Part shown: positions 1 through 12,494 of the stretch, piece after piece | Layout of the letters: each line of letters starts with the position of its first letter | Numbering within the stretch: the stretch's first letter is position 1 | NCBI GenBank assembly: GCA_028534125.1 | Contig: CM052818.1 | Coordinates: forward strand, 42,038,001 to 42,102,000 | Direction: 5' to 3' | Origin: Lama glama | Lineage: Eukaryota | Length of the DNA: 64,000 bases | Notes under the pieces: model-generated | The model's database searches: none | What the model was told of the DNA's origin: nothing | Seen by the model: the letters and a program-made list of their open reading frames with translations, nothing else | Program-made: the position numbers and the translations under genes

Positions 1-153
1 ACAACTAAAATGTGACACAGAGACATGAAAGGAGCAAACACAGTTGGAAAAATGGCTCCAATAGACTCAACGACACAGGGTTACCACCAGACTTCAATCT
101 GTAATAATCGTTAACATCTGCAAAGTGCCCTAGAGTCCAACGAGGTGTGCCGG
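1..153 (-). mobile_element. Tigger1 DNA transposon (TcMar-Tigger) terminal fragment, running off the window edge
   Basis: aaaatgtgacacagagacatgaa...gttggaaaaatggctccaatagact...cagggttaccaccagacttcaat...cgaggtgtgcc matches the reverse complement of the Tigger1 5' end as I recall it. Confidence 0.8.
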
Positions 154-769
154 CACCTGGCTTGGGGGCTGTCCCGAGAATGAAGGGAGATGTGTGTGCA
201 GACACCCTGGCACAGTCCTGTCCCCGGGGGCTCAGCGGAGGGCGGGGAAATATCTCACATCCCCAGTCTTCCACGGCCTGTTCTCCAATTTGCAAACTTG
301 TTTTTAATACAACGTATTAAGAGACGTGAAAAGCATACCCCATTTAGATGGTGAAGCGCGTTGTGGGAAAGAACAACCACAGAAGAAACCTGTCTGATCT
401 GCACGACCCACGAGAGACTAGAGCCCCACACGAGCCCGAGCGGGCGGTCGGGAGGCCGGGAGGCGAGGCATCGGGGAAACCTGCCCCGGCCTGATATCCG
501 TCATGGGCGGCCACCGCGGCCACCCTGTTGCCTAGGTTAGGAAGGGATGCTCGCAGAGATTCAGCCGCGTGCACAAGGGGTGCGCCTGACGCGTCCACTG
601 TGCCTGGCAGCCTCCAGGGCTCAGGTTCCAAAGATTTCAAGGGCTCCATCCCTCCAGTATTTTCCAAAGAAAATTTCCCCAGAGGAGGAGAGCAGGAAGA
701 CACACAATTCCCTCTCGCCTCTTGGCCTGTTCACCAGTCACCGCCTGTAAGTGGTCCGGGGTCCAAGGA

Positions 770-940
770 CATCAGAACCAGGACGGTCTTCAGAGACAAA
801 GGAATCCAACCTTCTCAGTTCTAGAGTTGGGGAAACTGAGGACAAGGGGTATCTGAGAAGGAATATTTGATTATGAAACCGAAAAAAATAAATCAAGAGT
901 TCTGGTCTGTGTCCCAGGCCTGAGGACTCCTTGGCCACCA
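770..940 (-). mobile_element. MIR/MIR3 SINE fragment
   Basis: gagttggggaaactgagg is the reverse MIR core, with a CR1-like tail upstream. Confidence 0.55.
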
Positions 941-2149
941 GATAGAGGGATGGAGGAGGTGTCGCTGTAAGATCTTGTACAGGGAGCTCATAGGATCGGC
1001 ATCCTTTCCCACTACAGTGCACGTGGGGGGGATTCAGGAAGCTCTAGGGCTTTCTTTCCACCTCGTTAGGCCGCTGTCCTCCCCACCTCCCCCATCCAGA
1101 AAGAGCCACCTCTCAGAAGCACACAGCACAGGTGCCACCCCCTCTTTCTTCCCTGGCCTGTGGGTGATTAGAGGGAAGATAACATTCCAGGGCGCTGGGG
1201 GGTGGGGGAGGCCAGGCCGCCACCCCCCACCTGGTCTGGGCCTGTTCTCTCAGCTGTCTGTCCATCAGGGCTCCAGGCACTCTGCCCCCATCCCTGGGAA
1301 TGTTAGGAATCCCCTCCCAAACTGGAGCCTCCCCTCTCCCTGAAGCCTCCCCTCCCCCCAAGGCCGCCATCAGCTCTGGCCTTTCAGGAATGCGCTCACT
1401 CCTGGCACCGCCAGGGCCGGTTAAAGTCGGCTAATCCCCAGGCGCATTCATCACTCAGAGGGAGCCTGCAGAGGCCAGGGAAGGCTCCTGCCCCGACCTG
1501 CCAAGTTGGCCGGGACGGATGCATGGACGGATGGATGGACAGAGGGAAGGACAGGCACTGCCTGGAGGGGTGGGAAGGTGGCCCAGCAGGACACGCCCAC
1601 AGACCCAGCCGGAGAGCTCTTCTCCACCCCTCAGCAAAGCTCTTCTACTTCCAGAAATTCTGACATTCAGGAAATTTGGTTTGTGTGATGGTAGAGGGTG
1701 AAAAGAGATGACCAGTTTTTATTGCTGTCGGGGAGAACAGGCAAGGTTGGCAACGCTGACAGTTCAGTGGCCAGATGTGACCTCATTTTAGGGAAACAGC
1801 AAAAGCCAACGTTAACTCTTCCCAAGTGTTCACCTCATCTCTGTAGCTGCTCAGGAGGCAGGTAGGGGCACTGTCCCCCAGAAGCCCCGCATTTCCCGCC
1901 TCCTTGACTTCCACACACTCTTCCCCTCACCTCCCACCCCAGTCTGTGCATCTACGTGGCAGATGCTTGGGCAGTCAATTCCCTCTTCCCTTGGGCTCCC
2001 ACAGCAATTTTCCCCTTCCCTCTATCACCGTATTTTTCGCAGAAATATGTCATGTCTTAGTACCTGGGTGCCTTCCATGCCACATGAAAGTCCCATGAAG
2101 GTAAGAGCCACACACTCCTTATGAATAACGAGATAGCCCCAAACCTCCC

Positions 2150-2255
2150 ATTTCCTGGCTGTGTGACATTAGCAAGTTACTGAACCTCTCTGAGCCTCCA
2201 CTTCCTTCTTTGTAACAGAGGGATAAAGCCCTCTCAGAGTGCTGCTAGCAATGAC
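2150..2255 (+). mobile_element. MIR SINE fragment
   Basis: ggctgtgtgacattagcaagttactgaacctctctgagcctc MIR core. Confidence 0.8.
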
Positions 2256-2477
2256 ATTCTAAAGTTTTATCCCAAGCATCCCATTCAGCAAGTTTAGATA
2301 CCTGCAGAAACAGCCGGGGTTTGCGACTCCTGAAATAACAGGTGATACAAAGCATGTGTCTTCGTTGCCACCTGATCATTGGAACGCTTCATTTCTTTAA
2401 ATGTATGGATTTCCAAAAGCTAGTGCATGAAGAAAACCATACTACTCAGTCTTCACCCTTGACTTCTTTGCTTTAAT

Positions 2478-2760
2478 TAGTCAATTCAACAAGCACTTTT
2501 AAGCATGTCTTATGTGTTGGGTGTTGTGCTGGGGATTCGGTATACTACAGTGAACCCCGCTCTTTACTTGAAGAGACAGACTCATGAACACGCAGATAGT
2601 GAAAAGTCCTGAAAAGTCCTATGAGGGGTGAGCGTTGGATGGAGAAGAGCATGCAACTCAGAAGGGAGGTATGCAAGGAAGTCTTCCTGGAGGAAGGGGC
2701 ATCTAGGAGACCATCTGTTAGCCAGGCAAATGTGATCCAAGGCGAAGGAACACAGATGCC
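2478..2760 (-). mobile_element. L2 LINE 3' fragment
   Basis: tcaattcaacaagcact...tatgtgttgggtgttgtgctgggga and gtcttcctggaggaagg resemble the reverse L2 3' end. Confidence 0.7.
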
Positions 2761-3399
2761 CAGACAACCCTCCGCAGCTCAAAAGAAGACATTGGGCCAG
2801 AGCACCAGTCCCCCTGGCAAGCTTGCTTCACACCCGCTGTATTTCCAGGGAGCCCTCCCGGCACTCTGGCCTAGGAAGACCCGGAGGCTGGGAGCACAAC
2901 TTTCAATATAAATCACCAAATCCACAGAGGTCTGTCTCTGGGCTGGTCCAGTCTCAGGGAGGAATGCAGGAAGGGTGGAGGGCACACAGCCTTCAGCTGG
3001 GGTAATTTTAGATGCATTGTCATTCCTGCCCCAGGCCACCCTTCAGCCAGGTCCTGCCTGAGCTGGGAAGGGCTCCTGGTCTCGAGACCTTGAGAGGATG
3101 TGGGCTTTGGAAGGGGGCCAGGTCCGTAGGATGGGAGACCAGGCCCAGTCAGGGTCCTTCCTTGGTGGGGGCAGGACCCTCGGGGGCAGGGGGCAGGGAG
3201 GCACTCGGCTGTGTGCAGGCACTGGCCACTCCTTGTCAATATCACTCGTGCTGAGCAACCCCTGCTGACGGATCGGGTGCCCTTAAAAGGAAAACAAAGC
3301 AAATCAAAGGCTGTTCATTTGGTCAGAGGGATTCTGACACTGAGAAACAGGGAGGCGGGCAGGAAAGCAGGAGAGGTGCATGGCTGGGCGCAAAGGCAC

Positions 3400-3630
3400 G
3401 GAGGAGCTTGGAGTGCCTGGGTTGACCCCGGCTTCCCTGTGCACTAGCTGCATGAGCTCCCACAAGTCACCAAACTTGTCGGTGCCTCCGTTTCCTCATC
3501 TGTGAAATGAGCTCAGTGGTAGTGATCTCTGCCTCCTAGAGTGTTGTGAAGATACAGGAATTCATCCACAAATGGGATTAGCAGACTGTCATGGGATAGG
3601 CTAAGTGCTCGGTAACTGTTGACCATGATT
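3400..3630 (+). mobile_element. MIR SINE
   Basis: gtgcctccgtttcctcatctgtgaaatg core plus a tail ending taagtgctcggtaactgtt. Confidence 0.8.
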
Positions 3631-4030
3631 CATTTCGTACTAAAGAATCCACATCCCAAATCCCAGTCTCAGTTCTAATCCCCTCGATGGTCCCTTCCCC
3701 CCATCTCAGTCCTGTTTCACTCTCTGTAAAATGAAAAGTTTTGAACTCAATCAGAGGTTCTTCCCCAAGCACAGAGAGGAAGAACACCTTTCAGGGTAAG
3801 GGGTGCTTTTTCAGACTATGAAGTTCAAGGTCACTCAGACAATCCTTGGAAATACTGATGTGCTCCCTCGAGGGACGGGGACCTCCAGGTAGTGGTTGCA
3901 CATGGAAATGGTTTGGAAATAGGGAAAGATGGAAAAGCTTGGGAATCTCAGAAGTGATCTGGGAGGGCCCCACAGGTGAGAGATTTCTGAAAAAATAAAA
4001 TTGGACAAGATATTATGGAAAATAGGGCCC

Positions 4031-4612
4031 CCTCAAAATTAAAAATAAAGCTACCTTATGATATGATTCAGCAATCTCACTTCTGGAAGTATACCCAAAG
4101 GAAATGAAATCAGGACCTTGAAGAGATGTCTGCACTCTTGTGTTCATTGTGTATTATTCACAATAGCCAAGACATGGAAACGACCTTAGTGTCCTTTGAT
4201 GGATGAATGGATAAAGGACATTGGTATCTATATATATATACAATAAAATATTATTCAGCTGTAAAAAAAGAAAGAAATCCTGCCGTTTGCAACAACGTAG
4301 ATGAAATTGGAGGGGCTTAGGCTAAGTGAAATTAGCCAAACACAGAAAGACAGATACTGTACGGTATCACTTATTTGTGGAATCTTTAAAAAAACAAACA
4401 AGCCAATTTCATAGAAACAGAGAGCAAAATAGTAGTGGCCAGGGGTTGGGGGAAATGGAGAGATATAGGTCAAAGGGTGCAAAATGTACTCAGTTAAAAG
4501 GTGAATAACTTTTGAGGATCTAATGTACAGCATGGTGACTATAGTTAATGATGTGGTATGGTACTATGGTAATAATATAGCTACTTTCAGAATTGGCTGA
4601 GCATAGATCTAA
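4031..4612 (+). mobile_element. Old L1 (L1MA-like) 3' end: degraded ORF2 C-terminus plus 3' UTR
   Basis: cagcaatctcacttctgg...tacccaaaggaaatgaaatcag...caatagccaagacatggaa...ggatctaatgtacagcatggtgactatagtt. Confidence 0.9.
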
Positions 4613-4972
4613 AACTGCTGATCCTTGAACCCTGCTGTGGGAAGGCAAGGAGACAGCAGAGACTCCTCAGTGAACCCTTAGACCCTTCTTATGTGTGGGA
4701 GGGACTCCCTTTCTGGATGCAGCCTGAATACCCCACTCTCCCCCAACTAGTTCTTCTTAAACCCTGCCTTAGGATTAGGCACTCAGAAAATGAAGGGAGT
4801 CAGATGTTTCATCACTAGGACATGTCTCTCCCGAGTCAATCAGCAGTGGACACAGGCATGATTTAGATAGAGAGGCAAATGGACTTTGGTTATGAATAAT
4901 GTGGAATGAGCATACTTACTCCCAGTGAAAACAACTATAAAATCTGGACAGGATGCGTGGAAAGATTACACT

Positions 4973-6497
4973 AGGAGACTTCAAGCCTCCTCTCTCGGTA
5001 GTAATAGGTAGAATTAGACAGAAAATCAATTAGGAGATTAATGAACTGAACAAGATCGTCAACCAAATGGATGTAAATGACATTTACAGAACATGTCACC
5101 CAACAACAGAATACACATTCCTTTCAAGCTCACATGGAGCATCCACCAAGGTGTACTGTACCCTGGGCCATTAAAAAAGAACCTTAACAAATTTAAGAGA
5201 ACTGAAGTTGTATAAGGTGTGTTCTCTGGTCATAATGGGATTAAACTAGAAATCAATAACAGAAAGATAACAGAAAAATCTCCCATCACTTGAAAATGAA
5301 ACAATATACTTCGAAATAATCCATGGGCGATGAGGAAGTATCAAGGGAGATAAGAAAATATTTTTAACTAAGCATAAATTAAAATACAACATATCAGAAT
5401 TTGTACTATGCAGCTAAAGCAGTGGTGAGAGGAAAACTTATAGCATCAAATGAATTATAAATGAAAAAAAGAGAGAAATCTCAAATCAGTGATCTAAACC
5501 TCCACCTTAGGAAACTAAAAAAATAAGTTAATAATAATAATAAAAAAAATAATAATGAGAAAAACAAACCCAAAGCAAGCTGAAGAAAAAATATAATAAA
5601 GACAAGAACAGAAATCAATAGAATTAAAACAGAACGCAATTCAGAGAGTCAGTTAAACCGATCTGGGTCTTTGAAAAGATCACCGAAATCCGTAAATCTC
5701 TACCAAGACTGATAAAGGCAGTAAGAGACAGGCACAAATTATCAATAACAGGAATAAAAGAGGGGCTAGCTCTAGACCTATCACAGGCATTAAGAAGATA
5801 AAGGAGTTCTGGGGACAACTCTGCACACATAAATTCTCCAGCTTAGGTTAAACGGACCGATTCCTCAAACAACACAAACTACAAAATTCACCTGAGATGA
5901 AATAAATGACCTGAATAGTTTTATAACTACTAAAGAAATTTATTTTGTAGTTGTGAAAAAAACTGCAACAAACTCCAGGTTAGATCATTTCCCTGTAGAA
6001 TTCTACCAAACAATTGAAGAAGAAATAGTATCAATTCTACAATGTCTGTCAGAAAATAAAAAAGAAGGAACCCCACCCCCAATCATATTATTAGGCCTCC
6101 ATTACTCTGATATCAAAATCAGATAAGGTATTAAAAAAGTAAAAAGAAAACTAGAGATTAATATCCTTTCTGAACATGGATGCGAAAGGTCCTCCACAAA
6201 ATATTTACAAATTGCATCCAGCACTGTTTCAAAAGAATAATATACAGCAACCAAGAGGCATTTACTCCGGAAGTAAAAGGCTGGTTTGATTTTGTTTTCA
6301 AAAAATCAATCTTTGTAATCCACCATGTTAACCTTCTAAAGAAGAAACACCACGTGATATATCAATTGAAGAAAAATCATTTGACAAAATTTAACACCCA
6401 TTGATTTAAAAACTCCTAGCAAATTAGAAATAGAAGGGAACGTCCTCAGTCTGATAAAGGACGTCTACAAAAAGTCTGCAGCTACCACTACTTGAAT
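4973..6497 (+). mobile_element. Degraded old L1 ORF2 segment (late endonuclease through start of RT), many stops and frameshifts
   Basis: ggagacttcaa (GDFN-like) and gaatacacattcctttcaagctcacatgga (YTF.SSHG); ORF-track fragment 6180-6404 resembles ORF2; A-rich sense strand. Confidence 0.9.
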
Positions 6498-6739
6498 TTT
6501 AAAGGACAGGGACCGAGCAGGCTCGAGTTGTTGAGGGCCCAGGGGCAGGGTGACTCTTGGTTTATATATTATTATCCCCATTTTACAGTTAAGGGAATTG
6601 AACCTGCCTAGAGAGCTCAGGAGGCAGGAGGCCTTGGAATGACAAGAAGGGGACAATGTCCCCCAGTGTGGGGGATGCTCTGGCTGGTTCCCAGTGACCC
6701 TCAGAGGGGACATGCCTCCTACTGCCTGGGGCTTTTTAT

Positions 6740-6880
6740 GCTGTGTCATTCAGTCCTTGAAACCACCCAGTGCAGACGGACTGTGACCCCCAACTTTCAG
6801 ATGCAGAAGTTGAGACTTGGTGTGGGCCAGTCACATGCCACAGGGCCTACCACTAGTGGGTGGCAGATCTGAGACTTGAA
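6740..6880 (-). mobile_element. MIR SINE fragment
   Basis: cccaactttcagatgcagaagttgagactt...ctagtgggtggcagatctgagacttgaa. Confidence 0.65.
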
Positions 6881-7299
6881 GAAAAGACACAGAATGGAAC
6901 CAAATCTCAAGCCGGAGCCGTTTTGCCTCCCGCTGCCCAAAATTTTCGGCTCCAGCTCCTTGCGGAAGATAATTAGCAAGCACAGAACCTACTGGTTAAC
7001 ATCAACCGCCTGCTTAGGGTCACCTGATCATCCCTGATTAAGGCCATTGGTGAAAGTGTACTTGGGATCCCAAAAGGCTGTGTGAATTTCACTCCTTGTG
7101 CTTCTCTGGGGACTCAGGTACCTCCAAGAAAATCCCGAAGCAACACCTATAATCAGGGCACATAGTTTCAGACTGCACAGAGTCTCCAGCTGCCTGACCC
7201 ACAGGACTTCACTGCTTATTTGCTCCTACAGAGACTACCCAGGATGCAGCATTAGGAACGAGGCAGAAGAATGAATCCTGTCTTCATGGGGTGGTGCTG

Positions 7300-7450
7300 T
7301 GAGCAGGAGTGCTGGTGTCAAACTGAAGCTCCAGCCCCCTCTCTGCTCTCGTGAGCCGTGTGACCTTGGGCATGGAGGACCCTAAGATCCCCTCGGCCTC
7401 GGTTGCTGGTTTTTTTAAATGGAGGCTAATAATGCCTCCTTCGTGGCCTA
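7300..7450 (+). mobile_element. MIR SINE fragment
   Basis: gagccgtgtgaccttgggca...ggcctcggtt...taaatggaggctaataatgcct. Confidence 0.7.
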
Positions 7451-8234
7451 TCCACCCACATACCCAACACAGAGCCGATGATTATGGCACTGTGACCTCG
7501 AGCCCTCAGCCAGAAAGGGGTCCTCTATCTGACCTGACCAGGGACGATTAGGTGACTGAACGACTCCTCCGGGAAGATGAACACATACAAGGAACCAACA
7601 TCTTCTGTCCTGTCCACGTGCAAGGAGCCCAGCAGGTCTGAGGATTCTTGGAAGATCTTGGAAGCCCTCAGATGGAGGTGGAGGGACGAGACCAGTCAAG
7701 GGACAGCACCCACTAAGGAACTAGACCCGGACAGAGCTGCCTCTTACCTTGGGGAGTAGTTTCCATTCAACACCCGCCTTTTGGGGAGCAATTTCCCTCC
7801 TCCTTCTGGGGAACGAAAAAGCAGCCAGATGCATGCTTTAAAAATAAACTGTGCAAGAGAAAGAGGCAGACTATCATGGGTTTGCTCTCAAGCTGGTCTG
7901 AAATATTTGAAACGCGGAAAGACTCGAAACTGTCAGGAATCAGCAGAGCTCTTAGGTTTGTTTCAACATTTGGGGTGAGAAACAAAGGGATTCAAATCTG
8001 TACTTTAAAGCTTTCACGCGGCATTTGGGATTGCCATAACAATGGGCATGTTTTTCCATCAAAAGAGAAAGTCAGATCGGGCTCCATGTACAATAACAGC
8101 ACCGCTAATTGGACCCCAGCGGCAAAGGATTTGAAATCATGCAGACGAAGCTGTTCTATCACTTACAATGATTAGGAAGAGAAGGTTTGCTCTGTGGCCA
8201 AATGAAAAGAGATTTTTTTTTTAAACACATATAG

Positions 8235-8425
8235 CTTAGGGGTTTAGATCAAACACTCGGGAGCCAGATAGCCCCAGTCCAAGGTCCAGGTCTACCACTT
8301 CTGTGCGACCTTGGGCAAGTGACTTAATCCCCTGGGCCTCTGCTGGGTTCTCTGAAAATTAAATGAGCAAATATTTATAAAGCATCACATCTGGCTCACA
8401 ATAAGTGCTGTCAAAGAACGTTTAA
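8235..8425 (+). mobile_element. MIR SINE, internally deleted
   Basis: ggagccaga...ctgtgcgaccttgggcaagtgacttaatc...attaaatgag...ctggctcacaataagtgct. Confidence 0.8.
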
Positions 8426-9651
8426 CATTCGCTGCGTTCTTTACATTTTAGTTTTATCAAATCATTAGTGTAGATTCCTTAAGTGTCTCTCAACTCCAAG
8501 ATGAAGGCGCTATGAGTTGAATCTCTAGCTCAAAATTTTTTCCCTCCGGGTCTTACTCCATGATAAAAGTTTGGAGGAGAAGGACTCTTATTTTAAAATG
8601 TAGGTTTGTCAGGTTCCTCACAGAAAGGTTCTGATCAAGCGGGCTTCATCATCAGACAAGTTTGGGAACCACTCACTCAAACTGAATTCCTTCCTAATTA
8701 GTAGGAATAACAGGGTTTGGCTGGTGGTTGTTTTTGGTGCCAAGATTTGTCTACCCTTCTTTCCCCCAAGTGTCCAAAAACGAAAAAAAGAGACTTTCAT
8801 GCACAAAACCCTCGCTTAGGGGAGGCAGGGCAGGAGGTACTGGGGAACCGGGAGAAAGTCATCCTAGAGTTGCTAATTACACCCACAAGCTCCACTCACA
8901 GAAAACCTCGTCTCAGCACAGCTGCATGTAAGAGGGGGCTTCAGTCATCCAAACAGCTCAGCCAGGAAAGAACAGGGGGAAGATTTTCACAAGCTCAGGT
9001 AAGGACCCTCAGAAGCTTTTTGAGTTTAAAATGTTTTTTTAAGGACATTCTGAAAAGGAAGATGTTAATCTGGGCCATAGCTGGTTGGAAAAGACAAAGA
9101 AAGCTCTCTGGGGCTTTGGAGCCCCGAACCGCGTCACGGAGAGGCCAGCATCGAGAGGTAGCCTTGAGCTGGTCTGGAGACACCAGACCTTGCCCCGCCC
9201 CTGTCTTTAGTCTCCTGACCAGGACCATTTCCCACCTGTGAAGTGGAAATGATGATAGCGCCCTCTGCACAAGGAAGACACCTGCAGGGGCTGCAGATGC
9301 GGGAAGATGAAAATCATCTCGGGGATGATGTCATGCGGTCACACAGACGGCGCTGGAACTCTGCTGTGTGGCGGGGCCACTCAAATGGCCAACAGCGGCT
9401 CTGTCCCTCCAGCACAGTGAGAAAGGGACTCTGTGGGGGAGGTGATTCACTCCCTGAAGATCAGCTGAGCTGGGCTTCCTTTCCAGACACTGAAAGTCAC
9501 AGGCAGCTGGCAGGTCTCCCAGGGGGCGTGGGACCTGGCGAGGGGTCTATTTATGCAAATTACAGAGAAACCCCATTGCATGAGATCAGGCCTCATATGC
9601 TGTTTCCTTTCTGCCCTTGTTGGAGGAGCAGAGATGAACTCAGTCCAGACT

Positions 9652-9960
9652 CTTCACTCATTCATTCACTCATTTGTTCATTCATTCCCCACCTGAGCAC
9701 CTGCTACAAAACAGGTACTGTGCAGGGGCACAGAAATAGTGCCAGCCTGACTCTGGATTCCAGAGGATCACAGTCTAGTGGAGGGAGGCCAGTTCCGGGA
9801 TATGTGGCCCAGGAGAGTAAGCCAGAAGCACACCTGTCAGTGGAGGGGTTTACAAAGTACTCGGGGTTCTGGGGGAGAGAGGCGGAAGGTTGCCCAGAGC
9901 GAGGGGTGTCTAGACTGAGCTGGGACAGTGGAAGAGCAGAGGAAAGAGGGTCCACGTAGA
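9652..9960 (-). mobile_element. L2 LINE 3' fragment
   Basis: (ttca)n tail followed by ctgagcacctgct...caggtactgtgcaggggcac. Confidence 0.75.
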
Positions 9961-10349
9961 GGAAGTAAGCTGGTCAAATGTAGTGGTGAGAGGTGATGCG
10001 TGAGACTGAAACAGTCAGGGGCTGGTGAGACCTGGGGGAGCTGGGGGTCTAGGATTGGAATACCAGGCTCCAGAGCTGGAGAGAAGTGGCTAGAAGCTAG
10101 AAGACTGCCGCAGATCAGGTACCAGCTAAGTGGAGCAGCCCAGGGGAAGCCCCGCCCCTCCCACAACTCCACCTTGGAAGTGAGTTTCCCACACTTGCTT
10201 CCCTGAATGGTGAAGAAGCACTAAGGCTGATTTTAATTTCTACAGTAACTCTTTCCTGGTCCTTGACAGCCCCGTCCTGTGCCTTGCAGAGGGCCACCCA
10301 GACCAGCAGGCGGTGACAAGTGAGGGCCGTGGCTCCACACCCCCGGGCC

Positions 10350-10500
10350 CAGCTCTGTGTGGCCCTGACAGAGCCACTCTCCTCCTCAGTATGCCCAGTT
10401 TCCTCATCTGTAAAGTAGAAATAGTAACACACATAGAGGCCTATGAAATTCACATGGAAGAATGAGCATGAAACGCATCATGAACTGTCCGGCGCTGGCC
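10350..10500 (+). mobile_element. MIR SINE fragment
   Basis: cccagtttcctcatctgtaaagtagaaatagtaac. Confidence 0.8.
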
Positions 10501-11498
10501 AGCTGTGAGGACCATCCCCAGTAGCAATCGTGGTTCTGTCCAACCCTCTGCCATGGCTGCCACACCAGAGACAGGAGCAGCCCTGTCCTCAGGGACGCGG
10601 GCCAGCCAACCAGCAATCACAGGGCTGCAGTCGGTGCTCTGAGAGGAGAGTCCCCGGAGCCAGGCTTGGGCGGGGGATGCATGAAGGATTTTTGGAAGAG
10701 GTGACAGAACCAGGGCACCGTGCCCCTAGGAGAGGGCAATCCCAGTACACAGCTGATACAACCCAAGATGCTGGAGAAGTCAGACTGGAGGGTAAGATGC
10801 TAGGGAGCTGGGATTCGGGCCCCTAGGTGAGCAGGAAGTGCCTGAGGGGCGAGTGTGCAGAGCTCCCCAGGGGCACCATGTGACACTGACCCCTTCGGCC
10901 CTCAGGGCAGCCGGGGGGGTGTCCAGGCACCCCTACACTTGCTGCACCCCTGAGAAGCACTGGGCAGAGGAGGTCCCTCCAGCAGGGGGCCCTCTTCCTC
11001 CCTGGCACCGAGGAGGCATTGGGTAAATGTCAGGGGACGAATAGTGCCAGAGAGGCTTGTTGGCAGCCCCAGGTCAGCCCCCAGGGCGTGGCACCGAGGT
11101 GGACAGGAATCAGTCATGAGTGACTCTGGTGCTGAGCAAACTCTAGGGCTTTCCAGTTTCATGCGTCCCTCTTGTGGCATTCTGGATCGCGTTTCTTTCC
11201 TATCCCCAATCCACCCCTCTCCGAAGTGTCACAGAGCCTGGATTCCCTGGACCCACTGCCCTCCCCACAGGTCAGCCCCTGAGGCCGCATCCCAGCTGCT
11301 GACCTGCTGCCAAACCACAGCCGCCAGCACCTGCCACTCGGCTGGGCTGGCCGAGTGGCCTGGCTCTGTTCCCAGCCTCCGCAGCTGGGAAGAATGAGTC
11401 AGCAGTGTCTGGTCTCCTTGGCCTTAGGCAGAGCGTGACCTAAAGGCCACAAAAAGTAAATGACTTGAGGATGGTCCCAGCAGGGAACGCCCTAAAAC

Positions 11499-12390
11499 CT
11501 CAGAGTCTCAGGGATGGGAAAAACCTTAGAGGTCTTCCTGCTCAAACTCTCTTCATGTGTCATAGGAGCTCGGGCTCAGGAGCCGCTGCCCTGTGCAAAC
11601 TTGAGCAAGTTTGTGCCTCTGTGCCTCAATGTTCCCATCTATAAAATGGGGGTTAATAATAGTTCTTACCTGACAGGGTTGCGGGGAAAATAAAATGAGT
11701 TAATTCATGTACCGTGTACATGGCACATAGTCACACTGACAAATGTCAGCTGTTGCTTTATCACTGTTGTTTGGAGTGAGTCTTCCTCTGGCAGAGGCCT
11801 CTCTACCTGACTGCTTCCAGGGATGGGAAGATCACAACCGTAAGAGGCAGTAACCCAGAGACCAGGCTCGAAGGTGTGTCTCCCTGGGACCTATACCAAA
11901 CACGGCGACTTCCTTTTACCCTGACAGATACTCGTGTTTAAACAGCCTCTTCCTGATACACCTTCTCTAAGATAAACACCCTCCCTTCCTTCAAAAGTCC
12001 TCCCAAGGAAATGTCTTCATGTTCCTTTGCTCCCCTGGTCCCTGTCTTTTCATGAACTGCCAACTAGTCCACTAGAGCTCCAAACAACTGAAAACCATGT
12101 TCAGGCGCAGACAGACCAGCATAAATAAAATACAGTAAGATCATCACCTCCTTTGTTCTAGACATTGGATCTCTAGTAATGCAGCCTGAGATCACATCGG
12201 CTGACTGAGTGCCTTCCTACCTGGCTGAACCATAAAACTGAGCTTACTATTAGCTAGAATCTTCCAGGCTCCTTCTCTCATGCCTTTTATGCCACCGCCC
12301 ACCTCCCCTCCCCAGTCTGTGCTTCTTTTGTTGGCCTTTTTAGACACAAAGGCAAGACTTCACAATCAATGCACTAACTTTCACCTTAGT
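11499..12390 (-). mobile_element. L3/CR1 LINE 3' region, interrupted by a MIR
   Basis: cttccagggatgggaagatcacaacc, ccttctctaagataaacaccc and atcacctcctttgttctagacatt...ctagtaatgcagcctgagatcaca resemble reverse L3 motifs. Confidence 0.75.
11565..11765 (+). mobile_element. MIR SINE
   Basis: ctctgtgcctcaatgttcccatctataaaatgggggttaataatagttcttacctgacagggttg...aaatgagttaattcatgta. Confidence 0.9.
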
Positions 12391-12494
12391 AGAGGGCTCC
12401 TGTGTCTACAGTGTACACCACAGCTAGCTCTGAGATGGCCCCTAGGCCCCTCCCCCTGCCTATTCCGCCCCCTCCCCAAACACATGCCACCTGT

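Noticed and set aside
2601..2620. Tandem 10-mer gaaaagtcct x2
   Set aside because: A simple slippage duplication inside an L2 relic.
9243..9959. 238-aa ORF, the longest non-L1 ORF
   Set aside because: No recognisable domain, non-ATG start, and it runs through an L2 remnant and its (ttca)n tail; expected by chance in GC-rich DNA.
11003..11100. Direct repeat tggcaccgagg, two copies ~87 bp apart
   Set aside because: Both resemble degraded L2/MIR 3' tails (cctggcacatagtagg); this is not an array.
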